Assembly: GCF_000011125.1 (NCBI RefSeq)
Contig: NC_000854.2
Span: forward strand, 630,001-662,000
Origin: Aeropyrum pernix K1
GTDB taxonomy: Archaea > Thermoproteota > Thermoprotei_A > Sulfolobales > Acidilobaceae
Direction of reading: 5' to 3'
Length of the DNA: 32,000 nucleotides
Shown: positions 20,565 through 29,065 of the stretch, piece by piece
How the letters are laid out: the number at the start of each line of letters is the position of its first letter
Numbering within the stretch: the stretch's first letter is position 1
Program-made: the position numbers and the translations under genes
The notes under the pieces: model-generated
What the model was told of the DNA's origin: nothing
The model's database searches: none
Seen by the model: only the letters and a program-made list of their open reading frames with translations

Positions 20565-21299
20565 TTGAGGAAGCCGGTTCACCTCGAGGCAGGGCCCGGC
20601 GACGTGGCACCACTCGTGGTGGCAGTCGGCGACCCGGGGAGGGCTGAGAGGCTGGCCACAGGCCTCCTCGAGGACGCTAGGCTGGTGTCCTCCGCCAGGG
20701 GTCTGAAGGTATACACGGGCAGCTTCAACGGCTCGGAGGTAACGATAGCCACCCACGGCATAGGAGGCCCCTCGGCGGCTGTAGTCTTCGAGGAGCTGAG
20801 GATGCTTGGGGCTGAGGTTCTGGTGAGGCTCGGCACCTCGGGCGGCCTATCCAAGGACCTCAGGCTGGGGGACGTGGTGGTCGCCGCGGGGGCGGGCTGC
20901 TACTGGGGCTCCGGGGGTAGCATCCAGTACGCGGGCGAGAGGCCCATGTGCCTCCCGGCCTCCCCCGACCCCATATTGACGGCGGGGATATACAGGGGCC
21001 TCTCCTCCAGGCTCGGGGATAGGGTGGTTCTAGCCCCCGTCATGTCGAGCGACGCCTTCTACGCCGAGACGCCCGAGGCTGCCGGGAGGTGGAGGAGCCT
21101 CGGCATGGCGGCTGTTGAGATGGAGCTCCACACCCTCTTCAGCATATCCTGGATACGGGGCTTCCGCTCGGCCGGGGTGCTCATAGTCTCCGACCTCCTC
21201 CTACCCGAGGGTTTCAAACGCATCACACCAGGGGAGCTTGCAAGGAGGGAGGTTGAGGTTGGCAGGGCTCTCCTCGAGGTCCTCACAGGAGGAGTCTAG
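20565..21299 (+). CDS. nucleoside phosphorylase (NP-I / uridine phosphorylase-like)
   Basis: VGDPGRAERLA, THGIGGPSAAVVFEEL, LVRLGTSGGL, AAVEMELHTLFSI; TTG start preceded by gtgggg. Confidence 0.88.
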   Translation: MRKPVHLEAGPGDVAPLVVAVGDPGRAERLATGLLEDARLVSSARGLKVYTGSFNGSEVTIATHGIGGPSAAVVFEELRMLGAEVLVRLGTSGGLSKDLRLGDVVVAAGAGCYWGSGGSIQYAGERPMCLPASPDPILTAGIYRGLSSRLGDRVVLAPVMSSDAFYAETPEAAGRWRSLGMAAVEMELHTLFSISWIRGFRSAGVLIVSDLLLPEGFKRITPGELARREVEVGRALLEVLTGGV

Positions 21300-22134
21300 A
21301 CGCCCCCAGGCCCCCCTTAGTCTGGGCTGGCTCGGGTTCATAGGAGGCCTCCTCAAGGTGGTGTCGGCCCTCTACCTGGTGTTCATACTGGGCCTGTTCA
21401 GCAGCGTCAAGTCCGTCCTAGCCAGCGCGGAGAGGCTGGCCCTAGAGCTCGAGAGCCAGGGTGGCTTCGAAACCGGAGACGCTGCAGCCCTTGTGGCCTA
21501 CATCACCGGAGGGCTAAGGTCGATAATAGCCGAGAACGCCCTGGGCATAGGAGCGGCTCTCTTCCTCTGGATACTTGGCACCATACTATTCTCCCGGGAG
21601 TGGGAGAGGATAGCTGGCTACTGGCCCTCGATAGCCAGGAGGGCCTTCTCCATCTTCACCTGGCTCTCCAGGCTAGGGGCACTCGCCGCGGGGGTGGCGA
21701 CGGGACTCGTGCTCTCGAGGCTCTCGGGCGACATGTCCTCTATAGCGGCTGGGGTGAGGCTAAGCTATATTGTGGCGACGCTCTACCTCCTCCCCCTCCT
21801 CCCCCCGGTGGTCTACTCGCTCCTCTCCCTCAAGTACCCGCCCCCCAGCTCGAGGGCGGGCGTGCTGCTCCTCCTCGCGGGGGCTGTGCTCTACGTCTAC
21901 AGCATGTACAGCGTGATACAGGCCTTCAGACCCATCTCCGCCGTCGCCGGCCCCCTGGAGGAGGTCCTCAGGGGCGGGCTGAACCAGCATTCCGAGACGG
22001 AGCTGGTGAACGGGTTTATAGAGGCGCTGAGGATACTCATGGACAGGGTTAGGAACACGCTCGTAGCCCTGGCACTGGCCTCAGCCTTCTACACCCTAGG
22101 CTTCGCCGTCATCGGGTTTAGGAGGAGGTCCTAG
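21238..22134 (+). CDS. uncharacterised multi-spanning membrane protein
   Basis: about 5 to 6 hydrophobic segments; start uncertain (TTG codons at 21238, 21253 and 21259 all lie inside the upstream gene). Confidence 0.65.
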   Translation: MQGGRLRLAGLSSRSSQEESRRPQAPLSLGWLGFIGGLLKVVSALYLVFILGLFSSVKSVLASAERLALELESQGGFETGDAAALVAYITGGLRSIIAENALGIGAALFLWILGTILFSREWERIAGYWPSIARRAFSIFTWLSRLGALAAGVATGLVLSRLSGDMSSIAAGVRLSYIVATLYLLPLLPPVVYSLLSLKYPPPSSRAGVLLLLAGAVLYVYSMYSVIQAFRPISAVAGPLEEVLRGGLNQHSETELVNGFIEALRILMDRVRNTLVALALASAFYTLGFAVIGFRRRS

Positions 22135-23442
22135 CAGCACCACGACGACGCTGTTCAGGTTAGTGCCCGTGAGCCCCGTGGAGACGAGGCTGCCCGCGTA
22201 GGCGAAGGCCCTCTCGCTGTCGTTATCCGCCAGGAGCTGGTAGGGGTCGAGGCCTGCGTCCCTAAGTGCTACGGGGAGCCAGGGCCAGGCCACCGCCCCG
22301 GCCGCGTCGCTCCTACCGTCTATACCGTCAGTATCCATAGCGAGAATGGCGGCGGGGGCCTCCGGGCTCCAGTAGGCCATTGCCAGGCTCCAGGCCAGGG
22401 CGAGCTCCATGTTCCTCCCGCCCCTGCCTCCGCCCCTCACCGTGACGGTTGTCTCGCCTCCCGCCAGCAGGGCTGCGGGTGGCTTCACTGGCACACCCCT
22501 GTCAAGCGCCTCGAGGGCTATGCTCGCCAGGGCTCTCCCCACCTCCCTCGACTCCCCCTCCAGCCTGGAGGTTAGGACTAAGGTGTTGAACCCCCTCCCG
22601 CCTAGCCAGGCGGCGAGGTCCTCGAGGACGTCCATGTTAGAAGCCGCCAGGCGGTTCTCCGTGGTCGAGAGCCTCCTGTCACCGGGCTTAGGCGTCTCCT
22701 CAACCTCCCCCCGGGCACCGGCCTCGAGGAGGGCCACAACCCTCGGGGGCGCTGAGTCCCGGAGCCCGTACCTCTCGAGAACCGCGAGGGCGTCCCCGTA
22801 GGTGGTGGGGTCGGGGACCGTGGGGCCGGAGGCTATCATGTCAAGCCTGTCGCCGGGGACGTCGCTGGCGTACACCCCGAGGACCCTGGCTGGGTAGGCG
22901 GTTGCAGCCAGCCTCCCGCCCTTTATCCTTGATAGGTGCTTCCTCACGGTGTTGATCTCGTGTATCGAGGCGCCGGATTTCAGGAGGAGCATGTTAACCT
23001 CCCGCAGGTCCTCCAGGGCCAGCCCCTCCATGGGCACCTCGGCCAGGGCGCTACCGCCCCCCGAGACCAGGACAACCACGTTATCGCCTTCACCAGCGGA
23101 GCCGGCCCACTCCAGCAGCCTCCTGCCAGCCCGCAGGCTCCACTCGTCGGGCAGGGGGTGGCTGCCCTCCACCACCTCCAGACCCTCAACATTCCCCGTC
23201 ATGCCGCGGGGCTTGACAACCACTCCACCCTCGGGCTCGAGGCACTCCAGCGCCCCCCGGGCCATCTGGAGGGAGCCCTTCCCCAGGGCCAGCACCACAG
23301 CCCGGGAGCGGCACAGCCCCCTCTCCTCCAGGAGCCGCCTAACCCTCCAGTCCAGCCTGGAAGCCTCCAAAACCCTCCCAACAGCCTCCCTGAGGATGCT
23401 GACAAGCCTCCTCTGCCCCTCAGGGCCCGTGTCAATGGGCAA
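22096..23442 (-). CDS. glycerate kinase, MOFRL/DUF4147 family
   Basis: ALGKGSLQMARGA, EGSHPLPDEWSLRAG, LVSGGGSALAEVP, VRKHLSRIKGGRLA, GGETTVTVRGGGRGGRNMELAL, DTDGIDGRSDAAGA. Confidence 0.92.
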   Translation of the reverse strand: MPIDTGPEGQRRLVSILREAVGRVLEASRLDWRVRRLLEERGLCRSRAVVLALGKGSLQMARGALECLEPEGGVVVKPRGMTGNVEGLEVVEGSHPLPDEWSLRAGRRLLEWAGSAGEGDNVVVLVSGGGSALAEVPMEGLALEDLREVNMLLLKSGASIHEINTVRKHLSRIKGGRLAATAYPARVLGVYASDVPGDRLDMIASGPTVPDPTTYGDALAVLERYGLRDSAPPRVVALLEAGARGEVEETPKPGDRRLSTTENRLAASNMDVLEDLAAWLGGRGFNTLVLTSRLEGESREVGRALASIALEALDRGVPVKPPAALLAGGETTVTVRGGGRGGRNMELALAWSLAMAYWSPEAPAAILAMDTDGIDGRSDAAGAVAWPWLPVALRDAGLDPYQLLADNDSERAFAYAGSLVSTGLTGTNLNSVVVVLLGPPPKPDDGEA

Positions 23443-23638
23443 AACGCCTCACCCAGATCTAACGTATGGTGTCTGGCCGGGATTTAACCCGGGGGCCCGC
23501 TCTCGGCTATACTCTTGGACACGCGGGCCCCCATGAGGGGCAGAAATACTAAGCTGTATCTTTCTATACCGCGTGGAGCTATTAGATAGGCTGGTGTTGA
23601 ATGCCTATCTAAGCCATATCTCTTCGTTATGTAGCTCA

Positions 23639-23657
23639 TATTGGGGAATCCCCAATA
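23639..23657. repeat. perfect 8-bp inverted repeat TATTGGGG-AAT-CCCCAATA
   Basis: direct reading; arms 23639-23646 and 23650-23657. Confidence 0.8.
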
Positions 23658-23676
23658 AAACTTATAAGGCTTTAAG

Positions 23677-23684
23677 TTTATAAA
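23677..23684 (+). promoter_or_regulatory. strong archaeal TATA box TTTATAAA
   Basis: tttaagtttataaacc upstream of GC-rich dyads, no clear ORF on + strand. Confidence 0.55.
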
Positions 23685-23697
23685 CCTAGCCCGGTGA

Positions 23698-23749
23698 CCC
23701 CGGGGTTCCCGAGGGAAGCCCCCAGGGGCTTCCGTAGGCAGCCCCGGGG
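23698..23749 (+). ncRNA. candidate structured RNA: 8-bp outer stem, 8x8 internal loop, 8-bp inner hairpin
   Basis: CCCCGGGG (23698-23705) pairs with CCCCGGGG (23742-23749); GGAAGCCC (23714-23721) pairs with GGGCTTCC (23726-23733). Confidence 0.35.
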
Positions 23750-23786
23750 AGACCGTGATGAACCCAGCCGTGCCCGACACAACCTG

Positions 23787-24347
23787 CTATAATTTGTTAC
23801 ATGAAGGCACGGTTTGGGTGAACGGTATTGGGCCTAGGTAGGGCTTCGCCTCCACCTCAACCTCCACCACCAGCTCCGCGCCCCCGATGACGGCGGCGAG
23901 AGCCCTGAGTATACCGACGCTCACATCCATGTAGACCGTGCTCGAGGATCCTGGGGCTAGGTACACCGGGGATTTTGAGGTGAGCACGGCAACCTCCTCC
24001 AACCCACTCCCGGAGGAGGCATAGACCCTTACCTCCAGCCGCTCGACACGGAAGCCGAAGCTAGTAGGGTTCTCTATGGAAGCCACAACGCTACCCCCTA
24101 TGGGGTCGATGTCCACTATTCTAACGACAATCTCGCCTGCCGCCCTAGAGGCGCTCCAGGACAGGTATGCATAGCCCGCCACAGCCCCTACCGCCGCGAG
24201 AGCCGCAAGGAGTGCCAACGCTGCTGCGCGCCGCGATACCAAACCCAGGACCCCCCCGGGGCCACATTGGGGGCTCGGGTTTTTAGGGCTGTCTCCCGGC
24301 CTGGCCTTGCTCCCCCCTCGAGCCACCCTCCTTGTACGCCCTGTCAA
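23787..24347 (-). CDS. membrane-anchored extracytoplasmic protein, uncharacterised
   Basis: N-terminal hydrophobic anchor followed by beta-rich IVDIDPIGGSVVASIENPTSFGFRVERLEVRVYAS, LEA14-like. Confidence 0.65.
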   Translation of the reverse strand: MTGRTRRVARGGSKARPGDSPKNPSPQCGPGGVLGLVSRRAAALALLAALAAVGAVAGYAYLSWSASRAAGEIVVRIVDIDPIGGSVVASIENPTSFGFRVERLEVRVYASSGSGLEEVAVLTSKSPVYLAPGSSSTVYMDVSVGILRALAAVIGGAELVVEVEVEAKPYLGPIPFTQTVPSCNKL

Positions 24348-25455
24348 GTAGTGCTGCGGCTATGGCTAGGAGGAGCGTGGTTTTCACGTAGGTCGCTATG
24401 GTTGGGGGGGCCAGCGGGTCTAGGGGGTTTGGCGTGGTATGCCACGTGAGTATGACGGCCGTGGCTGCAGTGTCCTGGGCTAGGAGTATGGGGTAGAGGC
24501 TCGGGGTGAAGAGGGGGGTTGAGAGGGCTAGTAGGGCTGGGAGGAGGTTCATCTGGGGTGTGTAGACGTAGGTGCCCAGCAGGTAGGCTGAGAGCGTTAC
24601 AAACGCCGCTGTAACGGGGTCCAGCCTGAGGAGCCTGGATGCGGCTAGAGCCGCCAGGACGGCGAGGGCCGCGAGGGCCTGGGCCACCCTCCTAAGCTCC
24701 TCGCTGAAGGGGTCGCCGAACACGAGGAGCCAGCTACCCTCGATATACCAGCCGGCGTGGTGCCTGTAGAACGCCTCTATAAACCCCGGCGCCAAGGCCT
24801 CCACGGCGAGGAAGGAGGCGGCTGTGACTGCAAAGGCTGTGGCCGCCGCCTTAACCCCCCTCCTCCCGGCCACCACTGGCAGGGGGGCGGCGGCGAGGAG
24901 GGGGAGGAGCTTCGCCGCGCCCCCCAGGCCCAGCAGAAGCCCGGCGGCGGTGACTCGGCCCCGCCTGAACATGTAGAGGCCCCAGAGCATTGGTGCAGCG
25001 GCCAGCAGGTCCCAGTTGTAGACCGAGTACACCGCCATGCTGGGGAGGAGGGCGGCGGCCAAAGCCCTCTTAACCCCTGCGAGCCTCCTGACAGCCTCCA
25101 CCGAGAGGAGTCCCATAGCCGCCGCGGCCAGGGCCTGGACAATGTAGTGGCTCTCAAGCCCCGTGAGCCCTGGGATGCGGGTGTTCACCGAGAGGAGCCA
25201 GAGCAGGCCCACGAGGGGAGGGTACTCCAGGTGGAAGTCCCTATACGGCAGCAGCGTCCCCCCGCCCTCCAGGGGGGCTACCCTTGAGAGGTAGAGGTGG
25301 ACCACGTCCGAGTAGATGGGGGACTCGAGGCCCGGGTGGTGGACCGCCACAGCAAGCCCCAGCATAGCCAGGGCTGCGGCGAGGTGGATGTTGCACGCTG
25401 CCAGCGAGTAGAGTCTGCTTGTCAGCGGAGCCGCCGCACCCCCCAAGACTCTCAC
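24283..25455 (-). CDS. polytopic membrane protein, probable GT-C/DUF2029-like glycosyltransferase
   Basis: many TM helices, SDVVHLYLSRVAPLEGG..LLPYRDFHLEYPPLVGLLW resembles the acidic first-loop pattern of GT87-type proteins. Confidence 0.65.
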   Translation of the reverse strand: MRVLGGAAAPLTSRLYSLAACNIHLAAALAMLGLAVAVHHPGLESPIYSDVVHLYLSRVAPLEGGGTLLPYRDFHLEYPPLVGLLWLLSVNTRIPGLTGLESHYIVQALAAAAMGLLSVEAVRRLAGVKRALAAALLPSMAVYSVYNWDLLAAAPMLWGLYMFRRGRVTAAGLLLGLGGAAKLLPLLAAAPLPVVAGRRGVKAAATAFAVTAASFLAVEALAPGFIEAFYRHHAGWYIEGSWLLVFGDPFSEELRRVAQALAALAVLAALAASRLLRLDPVTAAFVTLSAYLLGTYVYTPQMNLLPALLALSTPLFTPSLYPILLAQDTAATAVILTWHTTPNPLDPLAPPTIATYVKTTLLLAIAAALLDRAYKEGGSRGEQGQAGRQP

Positions 25456-25463
25456 CCGCGCCG

Positions 25464-27167
25464 CTAGCGTACCAGCCTCATCCTGAGGTCCTCAACCTCC
25501 TCCTCAAGCCTCTCCATATTCGCCTCCAGCTGCTCCCAGAGTATGCTGCGGGGCGGGGCCCGCGGAGGCGGTGTAGGGGAGAGGGAGTAGAGCTGCCTCT
25601 CACTCCTCCCCACCTCCACCACCGCCAGCGGCGGCCTCCCCCTCTCAATATCCCCCATTATCCTCTTGAACAGGCTGGCCTCGGGCATGTAGAGCGCCTC
25701 CAGGGGTCTCGACTCCCACCTCAGGCTGCCGTAGTGAACAACCTTAAGGAGGCTCCTGGAGGCCTCGCGGAAGAGGGCTCCCCAGCCCGCCCTCCTAGCT
25801 AAGGATTCTAGGATGTAGAGGAGCCTCCTCCCCCTGACACCAGCCCCCGATAGGGAGCTGCGGAAGTGGTGGGTTAGCCTCGGCCACTCCGGCCCCCGGG
25901 TGACTGTCCTGACAGCGGCCTCAACAGCCGTCCAGGCGGTGTCCCAGGAGGCCCTGTCGGGGGTGTCCCTAGGGGTGTGGTAGGCCTCCTGGACGCCGGG
26001 ACACCATAGGCTGTGGAGGGATAGGGTAGGTATGCCGGCCCAGGCCATCATTATGCTGTCGCACTCCGGGCACTCGCAGCACCTCTCAACAGCCCCCGCC
26101 TCCAGGGCGTGGCCCACCAGCTGGGGGGCCCCGCTGGCCACGAGGCACCTGTAGCCGGCGACGTCGAAGTTCACATAAGCCTCCACCTCCTCCGCCGCCC
26201 CGCTCTCCCGGAGGAGGCCTGCGTAGCTCCTGCTCCCCGCAGCCCAGTACCACGACGCCATCCCCGGCATCCCATGCTCCTCGGCCCCGAACACCACAAC
26301 ACCAGCCGCCAAGCCCCTCCCCCTAAGCCTCCCTGCAGTCTCCACCGCCTGTGCCACCCCGAGGATGTTGTCGGTGAACCCGGTGTACCAGTGGTCGAGG
26401 TGGGCCCCTGCCAGCACCACCCCTCCCCGCCCCCCGTCCACAGCAACCACGTTATAGTCCCTCCTCCTCTCGACACAAGCGTCAACCCAAACCCTCACAA
26501 CCCCCGCCTCCTCCGCCCGGCGGGAGTAGCCTAGGGGGACCACCGCCACGGGTATGGGTGTGGGGCTCCCCGCGGAGACGCTATACCCCCAGTCACCCCC
26601 CGTCACTATAACCCTGGGGTCCCTAGACTCTACCAGGAGAGCCTCAGCCCCCGCCTCCGCGGCGAGGAGGGCGGCGGCCTTAAGATCGTCCACAACACCC
26701 GGCGCCCTAGCAACGACAACACGCCCCCCAGCATCCACCCCCCTCCAGCTGGAGGCGTGGCTCGGATCACCCTCAAGAACCAGGGGCCTCCCCTCAACAT
26801 CACCCCCCAGAACATAAGGGCCCACAGAGTGCCAGGAAGCCGCGGGGTCGAGGCCCGAGGACCTCAGCACCCACGCGTCAACCCAGAACTCGTGGAGCCT
26901 CGAAGACACGCCCAGAGACTCCTCCAGAAAAGCCCTCACAACCTCCACAGCACCCCGAGAACCCCCAGCCCGGACCCCCAGCCACCCTGAAGCACCCTTC
27001 AACGCAGAGTAGAGCCTCAACGCATCACCAGCAAGCCCACCCCAACCACCAGCCAAACCCGAGGACCCCCCGGCTAGGAGCAGGGGCGGGGGGCTCATAT
27101 AAAACAGCCCCTCATGCCACACCACCAGCCCCGGGGGGAGGTGTTTGGAGGGGTGCAGCGGCCTCAC
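25464..27167 (-). CDS. M28-family zinc peptidase with PA-like insertion; true start possibly ATG at 27098
   Basis: GAHLDHWYTGFTDNILGVAQAVETA, VFGAEEHGMPG, VNFDVAGY and QEAYHTPRDTPD preserve M28 metal-ligand pattern. Confidence 0.85.
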   Translation of the reverse strand: MRPLHPSKHLPPGLVVWHEGLFYMSPPPLLLAGGSSGLAGGWGGLAGDALRLYSALKGASGWLGVRAGGSRGAVEVVRAFLEESLGVSSRLHEFWVDAWVLRSSGLDPAASWHSVGPYVLGGDVEGRPLVLEGDPSHASSWRGVDAGGRVVVARAPGVVDDLKAAALLAAEAGAEALLVESRDPRVIVTGGDWGYSVSAGSPTPIPVAVVPLGYSRRAEEAGVVRVWVDACVERRRDYNVVAVDGGRGGVVLAGAHLDHWYTGFTDNILGVAQAVETAGRLRGRGLAAGVVVFGAEEHGMPGMASWYWAAGSRSYAGLLRESGAAEEVEAYVNFDVAGYRCLVASGAPQLVGHALEAGAVERCCECPECDSIMMAWAGIPTLSLHSLWCPGVQEAYHTPRDTPDRASWDTAWTAVEAAVRTVTRGPEWPRLTHHFRSSLSGAGVRGRRLLYILESLARRAGWGALFREASRSLLKVVHYGSLRWESRPLEALYMPEASLFKRIMGDIERGRPPLAVVEVGRSERQLYSLSPTPPPRAPPRSILWEQLEANMERLEEEVEDLRMRLVR

Positions 27168-27168
27168 G

Positions 27169-28074
27169 GTGGCGGGGCTGGGGGTTTCGACGGTGGAGTC
27201 TGTGCCGCTCTACCACTACAGGCCGGGCGGGCTTGTTCTGAGGCTCTACACGGGCCCCCACGGCTCCCCCAGGCCGGGGGGAGGGGCTTCCAGTCGGTGT
27301 CTTGAGTGGGGTGTTGAGGTTTGCGAGTGGATGTCGAGGCCCGGCAGCTTCCCGGCCTATACTGTGGGGCTGGAGAGGCTGCGGGGGCTGGCTGGCAGGT
27401 GGGGTGTTGAGGCTGCTGTGCTGGATGGTCTGGAGTCGTGGCTCCACGCCCCCTGCGCCAGGAGGCTGGGGCTGCCGCTGGCAGCTAGGACCCAGGGGCT
27501 CCTCGAGCCCGGTGCGGAGGAGCTGGGGCTGCTTGAGGCGTTGGCTGCAGAGTACACCTACCTCTTGGGGGGCGGGGGTTCGAACCTGGCGCTGGCCAGG
27601 ACGGTGGAGGAGGCTGTGGGGAAGGGTGTTTGGGTTGAGGTGGTGGTTTACATGCCTAGGCCTGTTGAGTCCAGCCTCCTAGCACCACCCCTCCAGGCCG
27701 CTAGGGAAGCCGGGGCTCCGCTCCACCTGGTGGTGCTGGACCACGGCGGCGGGGGGCCCCTGTCGAGGCTCGCCGCGGAGGTTGAGAGGCTGCACTGGCC
27801 GGTCTACATACACTCACCCCCCTACAGCAGGCTCGACACCCGCTGCCCCCGCTGCGGCACAGTGGTTGCCACGAGGAGGGAGGGGCTGCTGGACGCCATG
27901 CAGCTGGCCAGCGGCGGCAGGTGCCCCCGCTGCGGCGCGGGGATACCGGTGAAGGGGGGGTGGAGGGGAGGGACGCCCAGGTGGTTCAGGAGGCTAGCCC
28001 CCGAGGGGGTCTACTGGATCGACCCTAGGATCCTGGGGGGCAGGCCCGCCGGGGATCCGGGGGAAAGCTTATAA
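27169..28074 (+). CDS. AmmeMemoRadiSam-like protein lacking CxxxCxxC, with two C-terminal CPRCG knuckles
   Basis: VESVPLYHYRPGGLVLRL resembles the pre-cluster segment of the family; RCPRCGTVVATRREG...GGRCPRCGAGIP resembles its zinc-ribbon tail; GTG at 27169 proposed. Confidence 0.5.
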   Translation: MAGLGVSTVESVPLYHYRPGGLVLRLYTGPHGSPRPGGGASSRCLEWGVEVCEWMSRPGSFPAYTVGLERLRGLAGRWGVEAAVLDGLESWLHAPCARRLGLPLAARTQGLLEPGAEELGLLEALAAEYTYLLGGGGSNLALARTVEEAVGKGVWVEVVVYMPRPVESSLLAPPLQAAREAGAPLHLVVLDHGGGGPLSRLAAEVERLHWPVYIHSPPYSRLDTRCPRCGTVVATRREGLLDAMQLASGGRCPRCGAGIPVKGGWRGGTPRWFRRLAPEGVYWIDPRILGGRPAGDPGESL

Positions 28075-28127
28075 CCTCTGGATGTCTTTATGGAGTTGGA
28101 CACTAACCCGCATGGAGGTGGTGGAGC

Positions 28128-28400
28128 GTGAAGTTCTGTCCCAAGTGCGGCGGCGTCATGCTGCCCAGGAAGGATGGTGAGAAGAGGCTCCTCGTCTGCG
28201 GCAGCTGCGGCTACACCATAGAGGCCAAGCCCGAGGACCTCAGCAGGTACAAGGGCGTGGAGAAGGTCAAGGACCACGTGCTCACTACCAAGACGGTGAA
28301 CGTGGTTAAGAAGAGGCAGAGGGAGAAGGAGGAGATAGAGCAGGCGAGGGAGGAGTACTACGAGCTCGTTCTAGAACAGCTCGGAGAGTACGGCGAGTAA
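28128..28400 (+). CDS. short RpoM/TFS-like zinc ribbon protein (90 aa)
   Basis: MKFCPKCGGVMLPRKDGEKRLLVCGSCGYTIEAK; no C-terminal TFIIS-type ribbon. Confidence 0.8.
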   Translation: MKFCPKCGGVMLPRKDGEKRLLVCGSCGYTIEAKPEDLSRYKGVEKVKDHVLTTKTVNVVKKRQREKEEIEQAREEYYELVLEQLGEYGE

Positions 28401-28431
28401 TGAGGGCCCCCAAGCCCGGAGCCCTGAAACC

Positions 28432-28938
28432 CTAGTTTAGAGCCTCCCAGGCCCTCCCGTCGCTGTCGTGAGGCCCCGCGGCGGGGGGCTGGAGCCCCCC
28501 GCCCTCGACCTCGCTCCTCCTCACAACAGTCATCCCAACCCTCAGCGCAGCCCCCCTCCTGAGCATCTCTATAAGGTCTCTCCTCAGGTCCGCCGCCGCC
28601 TTGGAGCTCCCTATCATAACAGTCTCCGGCCCAACGAAGCTGCTCCTCCTGAACACCATCCTCCTCCCGTCGCCTAAGCTAAGGCCAGGGTGGCCCCTTC
28701 CGACGGCGGTGTCGCAAACCCCCTCAGAGCAGAGCACCACCACTATTATCGAGTCGGGGCTCCTAGCTATGCTCTTAAACCACTGGGGGAGGCTCCTGGG
28801 GGTCACGCTGCTCCTGATGCCGATTATGCAGTCGCCCCTGGGGGTGAGGTAGTCGTCGCTCGTGATCTCAAACGTCGTCCTATGGGTAGCCCTAACATTG
28901 GGGTGCCCCCAAGCCTGGAAGAACAGCCACCTACCCAC
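28432..28938 (-). CDS. DUF371 family protein
   Basis: WGHPNVRATHRTTFEITSDDYLTPRGDCIIGIRS; GTG at 28938 preferred to the track start at 29106. Confidence 0.8.
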   Translation of the reverse strand: MGRWLFFQAWGHPNVRATHRTTFEITSDDYLTPRGDCIIGIRSSVTPRSLPQWFKSIARSPDSIIVVVLCSEGVCDTAVGRGHPGLSLGDGRRMVFRRSSFVGPETVMIGSSKAAADLRRDLIEMLRRGAALRVGMTVVRRSEVEGGGLQPPAAGPHDSDGRAWEALN

Positions 28939-29065
28939 AACCTCAAGCCCAGCCTCAGCCAACAACAACCCCCCAGGGGCGGACCCGCGGCCTCCACACC
29001 AATCCCTAGGAGCCAAAACCTTATAGTTTCCACTCCCCCAGGCGGCCTCCAGTGCGGGTGGACGG

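Noticed and set aside
22936-23536. overlapping + ORFs of 183 and 195 aa
   Set aside because: Antisense to the glycerate kinase, which has clear family motifs; both are probably shadow ORFs
23754-23775. GTGATGA at 23755-23761 as a C/D box sRNA
   Set aside because: No CTGA D or D' box within a suitable distance downstream
23484-23780. 98-aa minus-strand ORF over the dyad/promoter region
   Set aside because: No recognisable domain; it spans the perfect palindrome and nested stems, so noncoding structure explains the region better
24757-25287. 176-aa + ORF antisense to the GT-C-like gene
   Set aside because: Gly/Pro/Arg-rich shadow frame with no domain; opposite strand has convincing TM-helix pattern
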